Virus record (IMG/VR): IMGVR_UViG_3300029305_002725
Location: 36,815-100,814 of that record
DNA length: 64,000 nucleotides
Strand: one strand, 5' to 3'
Source: a virus
Taxonomy: Duplodnaviria; Caudoviricetes
Shown here: in pieces, positions 1 through 8,460 of the stretch
Position numbering within the stretch: the first letter of the stretch is position 1
Layout of the letters: each line of letters begins with the position of its first letter
The notes under the pieces: model-generated
The model's database searches: none
Told to the model about the DNA's origin: nothing
What the model saw: the letters and a program-made list of their open reading frames with translations, nothing else
Made by a program: the position numbers and the translations under genes

Positions 1-30
1 ACAACATTTCTGTTATGTGTTCGAGCAATG

Positions 31-375
31 TTATCCAACAAAGTCAAAGTCATGCCCAATGATTGCCTTGAGCTGCGCATATGTATATTTCTCTTTAGGA
101 CGTTCCCACACAACATCCACAGGAATTGGAGAATCGTCAAAGAGGTATTCCAAATGTCTGGGCAACCAAACTTTTACAATATCATTTTCTCTTTTTTGTG
201 AAAGAAAACACAGATTGTCGCTGTAGTCAACCATACGAATAAAAGTGCGGCTGCTGTCCATACAGATAGCTCTATGAGCGTTACTAGTGTTAGGGAAAAT
301 ATCCTTGAATAAAAGAAATTTCTTTCCGTCACGGCGCTCAAGAATCATGCCGCTTTTGAGTTCGCTTTTAGTCAT
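31..375 (-). CDS. hypothetical phage protein
   Basis: ORF track; SD AGAAAGG upstream; co-oriented with left-arm genes. Confidence 0.75.
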   Translation of the reverse strand: MTKSELKSGMILERRDGKKFLLFKDIFPNTSNAHRAICMDSSRTFIRMVDYSDNLCFLSQKRENDIVKVWLPRHLEYLFDDSPIPVDVVWERPKEKYTYAQLKAIIGHDFDFVG

Positions 376-495
376 TTTTATTTCCTTTCTGTTGTTTTGT
401 AAAACTTAACATACATTAAAATTCCAAAATATGTATGCTAAGAAAAGATATGATGCAGCAAGCAAGATTTTCATTTGCCTTGTCCTCCCACTTTA

Positions 496-891
496 TTATT
501 TGTGATTTCTAATTCCCTCAAGAGCCTCCTCATAAGAAGAGTATTTCTCTTGTGCATTATCAAAGGATACACGGATAATATCCTCATTTTTGTTCACAGA
601 AATCATGATGACTTTTCCATTCCAGTCCTGAATAATCAAGTTGTGAATTCCGTTGTATTCTTCTGGGAACAGAACAGCCATATTGAATACATAATTACAC
701 AGAATGTATTCAAAGTCGGAGTAGCTCATCTTGTCGTATCCCTCAGTTACCTTAAAGTGATTGAAGAACATTGTAGGATGCATTACAGCGTCACGAACTA
801 TGAACTTCTTTTCTCTTACGGAATAGTCAACAACTTCGCCATTTTCGACGATGATACCACTGAACAACCTTCTAACACAGATAGCTTTCAT
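496..891 (-). CDS. hypothetical phage protein
   Basis: ORF track; GAGGTG SD followed by AAGGCAAATG start context. Confidence 0.75.
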   Translation of the reverse strand: MKAICVRRLFSGIIVENGEVVDYSVREKKFIVRDAVMHPTMFFNHFKVTEGYDKMSYSDFEYILCNYVFNMAVLFPEEYNGIHNLIIQDWNGKVIMISVNKNEDIIRVSFDNAQEKYSSYEEALEGIRNHK

Positions 892-896
892 TTGCC

Positions 897-1100
897 TTAC
901 ACCTCAATAAAACCTACACGTTGTGTCACACCATGCTTTGCATAGAGTTCACGAATTTCCTTTGCTGCTTTCTGAACTTCATTCCAGTCATAGAGCCGAC
1001 CAACACGGCGAGCCATGCCATCTTCATCCATGATGACGAGCTGATACTGCTTTTTATTTCCGTTTTCACAGTAGCGAGGGCAATAATCTCTAGGATGCAT
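897..1100 (-). CDS. hypothetical protein (MHPRDYCPRYC...)
   Basis: Start moved to ATG 1100 behind AGAAAGGAG SD. Confidence 0.65.
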   Translation of the reverse strand: MHPRDYCPRYCENGNKKQYQLVIMDEDGMARRVGRLYDWNEVQKAAKEIRELYAKHGVTQRVGFIEV

Positions 1101-1117
1101 TTCTGTTGTCTCCTTTC

Positions 1118-1234
1118 TTAATTCTCTTTTACATGATGCCCACACTCAGGGCAGACAATGGCATCCTTATCTGCATCATATGCCTCTTCAGTAAAGAAGC
1201 TATATTGACAGTTTTTACAAATATGATCAAACAT
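1118..1234 (-). CDS. small zinc-ribbon protein, 38 aa (CKNC...CPEC)
   Basis: Hand-translated; GGAGG SD; not in ORF track. Confidence 0.65.
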   Translation of the reverse strand: MFDHICKNCQYSFFTEEAYDADKDAIVCPECGHHVKEN

Positions 1235-1248
1235 TTGCCTTGCCTCCA

Positions 1249-1425
1249 TTAGATTGAAATTCTATTTTTGAACATCCATATTATTTCAGACAGGATGCGC
1301 TTTCTTCTTTTGCGGTATTCTTGAGGGACATCTTCTTTGCGTGCACGTTTAACACGCTTTACTTTTCCTTTGTGATATTCAATGGGATGAGGTGTGTATG
1401 GTGCTTGAATATAATACATTTGCAT
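1249..1425 (-). CDS. small basic protein, 58 aa
   Basis: Hand-translated MQMYYIQAPYTPHP...; GAGGT SD; fills gap in operon. Confidence 0.55.
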   Translation of the reverse strand: MQMYYIQAPYTPHPIEYHKGKVKRVKRARKEDVPQEYRKRRKRILSEIIWMFKNRISI

Positions 1426-1430
1426 TTACC

Positions 1431-1601
1431 TCATCTACATTCACAGAACACTTGCGTTCCACACATAAAATAATCTGTGTCGATGATGTTACAGTGTTCT
1501 TCAAGCCATTTGTGTGCTTCCTTTGTGGTCATCGCTTTGCGCAGATAGATTTTGAGATTGCCTACCATGATGTAAGCGTTCCATTTTTTAGTCTTGTACA
1601 T
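1431..1601 (-). CDS. hypothetical protein (MYKTKKWNAY...)
   Basis: Start moved to ATG 1601 behind GAGG SD, overlapping upstream gene end. Confidence 0.55.
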   Translation of the reverse strand: MYKTKKWNAYIMVGNLKIYLRKAMTTKEAHKWLEEHCNIIDTDYFMCGTQVFCECR

Positions 1602-1725
1602 TTGCGTTTTCCTCACTTTCAAGTTCCCTTTGTATTTCTGAACGGCTATCGCCAGAGCAGATAAATACTCCATTTAGGTATGCTGCATAATGGTCACCTA
1701 TATGACGGATTTCATATTTTTCCAT
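1588..1725 (-). CDS. small hypothetical protein, 45 aa (MEKYEIRHIGDHYAAYLNGVFICSGD...)
   Basis: Hand-translated; GGAG SD plus AAGGCAAATG context. Confidence 0.6.
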   Translation of the reverse strand: MEKYEIRHIGDHYAAYLNGVFICSGDSRSEIQRELESEENANVQD

Positions 1726-1942
1726 TTGCCTTGTTCTCCATCATTTGCCGTTTCTTTTCAAGGTATTTTTGCAGAGTGTTTCCGTCTGCGTGATAGACAT
1801 AGAGAGGAATAGGGTCGCCCCATTCATCATAGTTGTGTTCAGCGCATTGTTTGCTATGACAAGTTCCACCATGTTTCGCTTGACAAGCAAGGCATGATTC
1901 ATCCCACTTGATGGACTGAAACCATGCATAGTTCTTTTTCAC
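1712..1942 (-). CDS. small Cys-containing hypothetical protein
   Basis: ORF track; GGAGGTG SD, GTG start. Confidence 0.7.
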   Translation of the reverse strand: MKKNYAWFQSIKWDESCLACQAKHGGTCHSKQCAEHNYDEWGDPIPLYVYHADGNTLQKYLEKKRQMMENKANGKI

Positions 1943-1974
1943 TTTGCGTCACCTCCATTGTTGATTTGGGTTGT

Positions 1975-2036
1975 AAAGCCCATATTTATAGGCCCAATGG
2001 ACGGGGGATTTCCGTTGGGCCCATAGTATATAGGTT
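1975..2036 (-). promoter_or_regulatory. conserved intergenic RNA hairpin, copy 1 (possible RNase III-type processing site)
   Basis: Minus strand AACCUAUA...GGCCCAA/UUGGGCC...UAUGGGCUU, between a stop codon and the next SD. Confidence 0.6.
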
Positions 2037-2384
2037 TTATTCAAAGAAATTTGAATGCATTTTGTATTTCAACTCCCATCCGTTTGCCTTGAGGAATGTC
2101 AGCAGGCTCTCCATGCTGGGCAGCTCAAATTCTCCCTTAACAGGAATAGGATTGACGGGGCATTTAATCCTACAGAAACACTTAGACATCTGCACAATTC
2201 CCTTGCGAGTAGACACAGGAAATTCTTCCCATCGGACAGAGGCAACCAACTGGATATTGCGCTCCTGTCCATAATATTCCTTTGCCTTTTCAATGTTGGC
2301 AACATTACGGGAACCCTTATCCGTATTCAGATAATCAATCAGGTTTCCCTTTTTGGTAAACACAAGAACACAGTTATACTTCAT
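2037..2384 (-). CDS. hypothetical phage protein
   Basis: ORF track; ATG 2384 behind GGAGGT. Confidence 0.75.
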   Translation of the reverse strand: MKYNCVLVFTKKGNLIDYLNTDKGSRNVANIEKAKEYYGQERNIQLVASVRWEEFPVSTRKGIVQMSKCFCRIKCPVNPIPVKGEFELPSMESLLTFLKANGWELKYKMHSNFFE

Positions 2385-2657
2385 AAAGAATACCTCCATT
2401 ATTTTTAAGCCTATCGGCTGTTGATTACAAATTTGCCCCAGTATTATTTCAATCCAAAAAACACTTATGTTTCCGTTGTCAGCATCGGGGCATAGTGGAT
2501 ATGTTTGTTCTACATATCAAGCCTAAGAGCCTTGGCCGCTCTCACTCTTTGCCGTGTCATTTTCTTTACTAGATGACACTCTAGTTAGTGTGATTTCCTT
2601 TTAAGGATAACGCTCCATGAGGCCTACAACGTGTTTGCGTTATAGACCCGAGCAACG

Positions 2658-2834
2658 TTATTTAAGTATATAAATTATGTCTTTATGTGTGCTTGCAATT
2701 GCGCACTGGTTGCAGTTGATATGCTTTCCAGTTTTGGCGCATATCTCGCAAGATTTCTCGAAAGCCTTTTTGGCCTTAGCAATATTAGTGGCGCTGTATT
2801 GGTAATTAACGCCGACAAATTCAAAATAAGTCAT
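2658..2834 (-). CDS. small Cys-rich protein, 58 aa (CEIC...CNQC)
   Basis: Hand-translated MTYFEFVGVNYQY...; AGGAGGT SD. Confidence 0.65.
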   Translation of the reverse strand: MTYFEFVGVNYQYSATNIAKAKKAFEKSCEICAKTGKHINCNQCAIASTHKDIIYILK

Positions 2835-2871
2835 GTTTATTACCTCCTATTTGGGCATGGATTTTGTGCTT

Positions 2872-2917
2872 AAGCCCATAATGATAGGTAGGATACACCT
2901 ACCCACGGTTATAGGTT
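2872..2917 (-). promoter_or_regulatory. conserved intergenic RNA hairpin, copy 2
   Basis: AACCUAUAACCGUGGGUAGG-uguau-CCUACCUAUCAUUAUGGGCUU. Confidence 0.6.
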
Positions 2918-3222
2918 TAATCTAATCTAACACCTAAATATGATTCGATGAGCGCATAGTCTACATAGCATAGGTCACAGAACCTCTTGACTACATCAAT
3001 TGCACCCTCATGCCAACCATAGAACTCAGCTGAGCGCACAGCATCTGCTAAGAATGATATGAACTTCTTCATATCGGGAATACCACAATTGACGTAATTG
3101 GCTGCTGATAGTGCACCACCGAATACAGGGATAGCATTCGGGTATTGCTCGTTGAGTGCCTCAATGGCAGATTTGATACTTGGGTCATACCAGATGATGT
3201 TAGATGAATATAGTTCTTTCAT
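2917..3222 (-). CDS. hypothetical phage protein
   Basis: ORF track; ATG 3222 behind GAGGTG. Confidence 0.7.
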   Translation of the reverse strand: MKELYSSNIIWYDPSIKSAIEALNEQYPNAIPVFGGALSAANYVNCGIPDMKKFISFLADAVRSAEFYGWHEGAIDVVKRFCDLCYVDYALIESYLGVRLD

Positions 3223-3246
3223 ACAAAACACCTCACATTTCAGAGG

Positions 3247-3360
3247 TTACGACAGGAACACACACATAAGCATTATGGCAAATACGGATACAGCTGTTAA
3301 TGCGAGCATGAGTGCAAACTGGGTCAGCTGATTCATGCGTGTTTGAAATGTGTGCAACAT
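3247..3360 (-). CDS. small membrane peptide, 37 aa
   Basis: Hand-translated; hydrophobic C-terminal half; AAGGGGTG SD. Confidence 0.5.
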   Translation of the reverse strand: MLHTFQTRMNQLTQFALMLALTAVSVFAIMLMCVFLS

Positions 3361-3393
3361 AGTTGTCACCCCTTGATTATTTATTCGGGTAGT

Positions 3394-3444
3394 AAGCCCA
3401 TAATAAGGGGCTCGACACTTGGTCAAGCCCCATGGTTATAGGTT
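3394..3444 (-). promoter_or_regulatory. conserved intergenic RNA hairpin, copy 3
   Basis: AACCUAUAACCAU-GGGGCUUGAC-caagu-GUCGAGCCCC-UUAUUAUGGGCUU. Confidence 0.6.
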
Positions 3445-3473
3445 CACTGCGCATTAATTTTGTGCTGTTGAGA

Positions 3474-4142
3474 TTAAGCGTTGGCTGCTGCTTTCTTTGC
3501 GGCCTTACGAGCCTTAGCTCTAGCCTTACGGTCAGCTTTCTTGGCTTCTTCCTCAGCTGCTACCTGTTCTGCAGACTTAGCCTCCTGTTTGTTGATAGCG
3601 TCACCAAGAAGAGCCTCAACAGCCTTGACAAATGCAGATTCTGCCTGAATTGCAGGGATACGCTTACAGTTGCCAGGAAGTGCCTCAAGGCGAGCCACCT
3701 CAGCCTTTGCTGCGTCATAGGCTGCGATAGTTTCCTCAGTTTCTTCCTCATTCATTGCATTGCGAGCAAGACGGAATTCCTCACGAGCGTGAGCCATTTC
3801 GTTGGTGATATCAATGACACGGAATCTCATGGCATTAGAGATAATTTCCTCTGCCACGTTGTGGACATCGAGTTTTGCCCCGTTGACTTCGCCCACCATG
3901 TCAATGACAGGCTTTAATGCACCGTAAAGTGCAGACTGGTCACAAGGTGCGACAGTTTCAGCGTCACCCATGTGGTTATATCTGTATACACGGATAGCGT
4001 ATGCAGGGATACGAAGAGCCTTTACGGCAGAAATCCATACACGGGCATTGGTTACTCCAACGGCTTCGCCGTTGATACGTGCGCTCTTGAACTCACGGTT
4101 AGAAGCTAATGCTTCAGCATAGATAGACATTTCTTTAGACAT
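3474..4142 (-). CDS. first gene of leftward operon; helical protein with Lys/Ala-rich C-terminal tail
   Basis: ATG 4142 behind AGGAGGT; strongly biased codons; ends KKADRKARAKARKAAKKAAANA. Confidence 0.85.
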   Translation of the reverse strand: MSKEMSIYAEALASNREFKSARINGEAVGVTNARVWISAVKALRIPAYAIRVYRYNHMGDAETVAPCDQSALYGALKPVIDMVGEVNGAKLDVHNVAEEIISNAMRFRVIDITNEMAHAREEFRLARNAMNEEETEETIAAYDAAKAEVARLEALPGNCKRIPAIQAESAFVKAVEALLGDAINKQEAKSAEQVAAEEEAKKADRKARAKARKAAKKAAANA

Positions 4143-4192
4143 AATATACCTCCTATTAGTGGTTAGGTCACTACCCAATTATTTTAGTGGTT

Positions 4193-4243
4193 TATGAGCC
4201 ACTTTCTGAGCACAGATATACTATACTCACAAAGTGACCCATA
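4193..4243 (-). promoter_or_regulatory. long leader hairpin before first left-arm gene
   Basis: UAUGGGUCACUUU-g-UGAGUAUAG pairs with CUGUGCUCA-g-AAAGUGGCUCAUA. Confidence 0.55.
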
Positions 4244-4904
4244 GTGTCACGTGGTTACTGTATAAACATTGTTCATATAGTAACCCTATGGGTACTCGGG
4301 GTTATGATTCCTCTAGGGCATTGGCTCTCCCAACTGGGCACTCTCGCCGTTGCCGTGTGTAGCCTCCCACACGTTTCATGGTGTTACACCATTACTCCCA
4401 CAGACATAGCTATTATTACATAGCGTGGACTGACTTGCTGACCTCTCGCCCTATTCAGTCCGTGGGTATAGTTACCCCTCTATTGTAATGTGTCCAGTGT
4501 TGCAATATGACACACCACGCACGCACAGTGCTGACCATGGTACAAACGACTTTGCAAAGCCTCCCATTTTATGTACAAACGTACGGTCATTTACTTGTCA
4601 AACCTAGCGTTCCAAACTAGGGCAAGGGTGAAAAACTAACATAAGGTTGCCTGTTAGGGCATAGCTGTCCCATAGTTAAGCCTGTTAGGGCTATTGGAAA
4701 AAGTACCACCTGAAAAAATTTTAAACACGTGGATTTTTCCGATACGGAAAAGCCAAAAAATGCTAGATTTTCAAGGAACATCGGCGAGTTGCCTCGCCTC
4801 ACCTTGGGGTGTTGCCCCTCGGCTTGTCTATATACTACCACCACCCCCCACAAAATGCAAATCAATTCTATGCAACAAATATGTATTTCTTGCGAGTTTT
4901 TTAT

Positions 4905-4953
4905 ATACTATATATTGTGTTACCGGGGTGCATAAAACCACAAGATATAGTGT
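4905..4953. promoter_or_regulatory. tandem NrdR-box-like operators
   Basis: ATACTATATATTGTGT (4905-4920) and CCACAAGATATAGTGT (4938-4953) resemble consensus acaCwAtATaTwGtgt; 33 bp apart. Confidence 0.55.
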
Positions 4954-5559
4954 TTTTTTACCATTTTTAGTAAGGTAGTTCATTTACACACTGACTGCAA
5001 AATTTAAGCTAAACACACCACTACACACCGAACCATCACCAAAACAATAACTTAATAATCATATCAAATGAACAAAATACACACAATAAACATATCACTC
5101 AAAACCAACATCTACACAACATTACATAAACCACAACAGATCCCTATTAAATAATAGTACTTTTTTATTAGTAACCAAAACCTCGGGCAACCCACAGCAA
5201 TTCCCTACTAAAAACAACCAATTCCCCACACGAGGTCTAATAAATATAATAGCCAAAAAATTCGTACAATTAAATCTTGATCATAATCAACATCTAAAAA
5301 CGCTAACAATTCACTACGATTTATCCGCATACCCAACAACTTACACCAACAAATGTTCGTATTAACATATGAGCAATCATGCATATGTTCACCAAAACTA
5401 CCAAAATACCAACAATAAATTACTAAAATAACCGCATAGGGGGGGTACTTTCAACTAAAACACATTAATCTATATAAACTACTATACCCTTGACTCAGGC
5501 GCCGTCAGGCTTATAACAGCAAGAAAAAATGCACTTCAAGTCCCAATTGCACTGCACAC

Positions 5560-5588
5560 TTGACAAATTAAAAAATATATATTATACT
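5560..5588 (+). promoter_or_regulatory. sigmaA-type promoter
   Basis: TTGACA-17 bp-TATACT. Confidence 0.75.
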
Positions 5589-5626
5589 ATGTACACAATA
5601 CAAAATTAATGCCAAGGAGGTGCACA

Positions 5627-5950
5627 ATGTTCAACTTTCAAATCCACTCATCTATCATGCACGCATTAAACAAACACAACGACTTACTTCCAAATCCGCG
5701 TCTAACACTTCTAGATGGAGCAATTTTATGTCTCACCAAATCATTCTATGAAGCTGACCGCAAACTCTTCATGTCAAATAAAGAGCTCAGCAAATTATTC
5801 CTGTCAGACCCAGGCACTATTCAGCGCTCAATAGATCGCCTTGTCACAGCAGGTCTAATCTCCAAAGAAAAAGAATATGTAGGTTCAAAACAGCGCCGCT
5901 ATCTCACCTATAAACCAGAAGCCGTAGGCAACCTTTTAAATCTAATGTGA
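5627..5950 (+). CDS. winged helix-turn-helix DNA-binding protein
   Basis: SNKELSKLF...TIQRSIDRLVTAGLI pattern, as in replication-initiator-type wHTH domains; AAGGAGGT SD. Confidence 0.7.
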   Translation: MFNFQIHSSIMHALNKHNDLLPNPRLTLLDGAILCLTKSFYEADRKLFMSNKELSKLFLSDPGTIQRSIDRLVTAGLISKEKEYVGSKQRRYLTYKPEAVGNLLNLM

Positions 5951-6155
5951 AGTGCATTGTCAATTGCATTATGCAACTGAGTGTCAAGTGCATAGTGCAC
6001 TTATATAATACTAATATATATTTATAATACTAAGTTAGATACTCGCAATGCTGACGCATTCCTCGTATCTTATATATATTTACTTTATATATAATAATTT
6101 ATATATATAATATATAATTATCTTAATTGTATAATACACTTGACATATATACCAC

Positions 6156-6183
6156 TTGACAAATGGGAAATATATGTTATAAT
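6156..6183 (+). promoter_or_regulatory. sigmaA-type promoter with extended -10
   Basis: TTGACA-16 bp-TATAAT with TGn. Confidence 0.75.
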
Positions 6184-6233
6184 AGTTTCAGATAAATTAC
6201 AATACAAAATTAATATAGAGGTGAAACAGTAAC

Positions 6234-6383
6234 ATGCTTGATATATTACTAGTTTTTATTATTCTAAAATGGACTGGCGCAGTAGATTGGTCATGGGGCA
6301 CAGTATTTATCCCAGTTTGGATCAGCATCATTGAATGGATTGGTTTGGCGCTATATTCTTGGTGGCTAAATCTAGATCTATAA
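6234..6383 (+). CDS. small membrane protein, 49 aa (LKWTGAVDWSWGTVFIPVWI)
   Basis: Hand-translated; LKxxGxIxWSWxxVxxPxW motif of a common phage membrane-protein family; GAGGTG SD. Confidence 0.7.
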   Translation: MLDILLVFIILKWTGAVDWSWGTVFIPVWISIIEWIGLALYSWWLNLDL

Positions 6384-6414
6384 CAAACAATACAAAATTA
6401 ATGAGGTGACAACA

Positions 6415-6651
6415 ATGGATGTCCAATCCAAAATCTTTTTTGGCACACAATTCAACAGCGCAGATGATCAATTCAACCAATGGATAAGCGAGCACCAAGG
6501 TGCCTCAATCGTTGAATTTAAATATCAGCACACATCAACATATTGGCACCATTCAATTTGTATTCTATATAAAGAACAAAAATATAACTATGAGCCCCAT
6601 GGTGGCGTTGTATGCCATGATGAATATTTTCTTGACACGCTTATCGACTAA
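6415..6651 (+). CDS. hypothetical protein
   Basis: ORF track; GAGGTG SD. Confidence 0.7.
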   Translation: MDVQSKIFFGTQFNSADDQFNQWISEHQGASIVEFKYQHTSTYWHHSICILYKEQKYNYEPHGGVVCHDEYFLDTLID

Positions 6652-6705
6652 AATAAAAAGCGCTCACATAGGCTCTCATGGGCTCACACAAGAAAGGACA
6701 ATAAT

Positions 6706-6873
6706 ATGCAGATTGAAAAGCTAAACAAATATAAGACTTCTGATGATGGTTATCATTGGTATGAGTGTCCAACCAGAGATGACATTATTGATAAGATCAA
6801 TGAAATCATCGACTACATCAACTCAGCAGAAAATGCTTGCGCAAATGTTTTAACGAGCATTAAGGAGAATTAA
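6706..6873 (+). CDS. hypothetical protein, 55 aa
   Basis: Hand-translated MQIEKLNKY...IIDKINEIIDYIN; AGAAAGGA SD. Confidence 0.65.
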   Translation: MQIEKLNKYKTSDDGYHWYECPTRDDIIDKINEIIDYINSAENACANVLTSIKEN

Positions 6874-6874
6874 C

Positions 6875-7066
6875 ATGGGAAACAAATATGAAATCTTAGC
6901 AGCCCACTACCCCTTCAAAGGCCACTATGAAAAATCATTTCAATGCAATACTCTTTGGGTTGCTTTGAAGTATTTTAGAGAATATAGGCATCAGGGCTAT
7001 GAGATTATTGACGTACATTACAGAGATATCAAGGAAACATTCACTTGGGCATTTACGGAGGATTAA
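6875..7066 (+). CDS. hypothetical protein
   Basis: ORF track; AAGGAG SD. Confidence 0.65.
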   Translation: MGNKYEILAAHYPFKGHYEKSFQCNTLWVALKYFREYRHQGYEIIDVHYRDIKETFTWAFTED

Positions 7067-7071
7067 AAAAA

Positions 7072-7467
7072 ATGGAAGAGTATATTTCGCGTAAATATTT
7101 AGAAGGCATCGTAGATTATTATCTCGCCCACTCTAACGGCGCAGAGCATTATGCTTACGGTATTATCAGAGGCGAAGTTAGAATTGCGCCGTCTACAAAT
7201 AATGTTCCAGTAGATGAAATTCGGCTACATCATATACTTGTTGATGAAAACGGTGTACCAGAAGTCAAGCTTCAGTTTGGAGAAACATTCGTTCTTCTTC
7301 GTGGAGACCGAGTTGATGTTAGGGAAGTGGTGCATGGACATTGGGTTTTGGCTGATGATGGTGACGGAGATGTTTGTTCTGTGTGTGGAACGGACTTCTG
7401 CAACATAATCTATAAAACTGGGAATTGGAACTACTGCCCCAGCTGCGGCGCTCGTATGGATGCATAA
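7072..7467 (+). CDS. phage protein with C-terminal zinc ribbon
   Basis: HGHW...CSVCG...YCPSCGARMD; GGAGG SD. Confidence 0.75.
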   Translation: MEEYISRKYLEGIVDYYLAHSNGAEHYAYGIIRGEVRIAPSTNNVPVDEIRLHHILVDENGVPEVKLQFGETFVLLRGDRVDVREVVHGHWVLADDGDGDVCSVCGTDFCNIIYKTGNWNYCPSCGARMDA

Positions 7468-7493
7468 TAAAATACGAATTTTATGAGGTAGTT

Positions 7494-7853
7494 ATGGATA
7501 GATTTACATGGAAAGCACCTGATGATACATATCAAATTGATGATTGTATGGCAGTTCATACAGTAACTTGTTTTGATGAAGACTTTAAGAATGCTTTTAC
7601 TATTTATGAAGGAGCGGCAATTGATAAGCTTGGTCATTATGAAGACTTAGAAGAACAAGGTAGATTACTAATTCTTCCTTGTAAGATTGGAGATAGAATT
7701 TATAGAGTTGTTCCAGACCTTTCTGTTGATTGGCCTGACCCTCCAGAATACAAGGTAGTGTGGGACACATTTAAACCAAATGATATTTATGAGTTTGGCA
7801 AGAAGATTTTCTTAACTCGTGAAGAAGCAGAAAAAGTAGCAAAGAGCAAATAA
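7494..7853 (+). CDS. conserved clostridial phage protein
   Basis: KLGHYEDLEEQGRLLILPCKIGD...IFLTREEAE motif. Confidence 0.75.
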   Translation: MDRFTWKAPDDTYQIDDCMAVHTVTCFDEDFKNAFTIYEGAAIDKLGHYEDLEEQGRLLILPCKIGDRIYRVVPDLSVDWPDPPEYKVVWDTFKPNDIYEFGKKIFLTREEAEKVAKSK

Positions 7854-7878
7854 AAATAAAATTTTAAATGGTGGTCAT

Positions 7879-8082
7879 ATGACAAGAAACGAATTTATTA
7901 AATTGTTAAAAGACAATCTTAAGCCAAATGCACAAATGGATTTTTTGGTTTGTGATTATAAAAAACCAATGGTTGCATTTTTGGACATTCACGATGTATG
8001 TATGAATGCCGATGTGGATGACCCGAACAATAAAAATCGTGGTGGCATCGTGTTCACAATTAAAGAAGACTTGACAACATAA
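7879..8082 (+). CDS. hypothetical protein
   Basis: ORF track, tight packing. Confidence 0.65.
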   Translation: MTRNEFIKLLKDNLKPNAQMDFLVCDYKKPMVAFLDIHDVCMNADVDDPNNKNRGGIVFTIKEDLTT

Positions 8083-8107
8083 AAACAAACTTTTAAGAGG
8101 TAGTATT

Positions 8108-8458
8108 ATGGACAGAAAATTATTAGACGCTAAAAGAGCAATCTTTAAAATGATTTCACAGTTCCACCATCCCACCATGTTTGATGATGGCGAACTTTAT
8201 ATTTATAATTACTGCGAATCGGCTTTGGAAGCAGCCTTTGAAGTTCTTGGTATTGAAGAAGATTATATTCCTTTGATGGACTTTTGCAAAATGTGGGAAG
8301 ATAATGACAGAGAATACTGGGTCAATGAACCGTTTGATGGCATAACCGCAGACATCCATTATGAATGTATGAAAGAAGACTACGAATCATGGCAAAGAGC
8401 TATTGATTATCTTGACGAAGATGATCAAACACATAAAAATTCATATTTTAAGAGGTAA
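8108..8458 (+). CDS. acidic hypothetical protein
   Basis: ORF track; GAGGT SD. Confidence 0.7.
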   Translation: MDRKLLDAKRAIFKMISQFHHPTMFDDGELYIYNYCESALEAAFEVLGIEEDYIPLMDFCKMWEDNDREYWVNEPFDGITADIHYECMKEDYESWQRAIDYLDEDDQTHKNSYFKR

Positions 8459-8460
8459 TT

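Noticed and set aside
1975-3444. CRISPR array or intrinsic terminators from the repeated hairpins
   Set aside because: Copies are separated by whole genes rather than spacers and lack U tracts on the coding strand.
17-3917. Plus-strand ORFs in the left arm, and minus-strand ORFs elsewhere
   Set aside because: Antisense shadows of SD-bearing genes on the opposite strand.
4617-4978. Short ORFs in the strand-switch region
   Set aside because: No SD, mutually overlapping, atypical composition; treated as non-coding.
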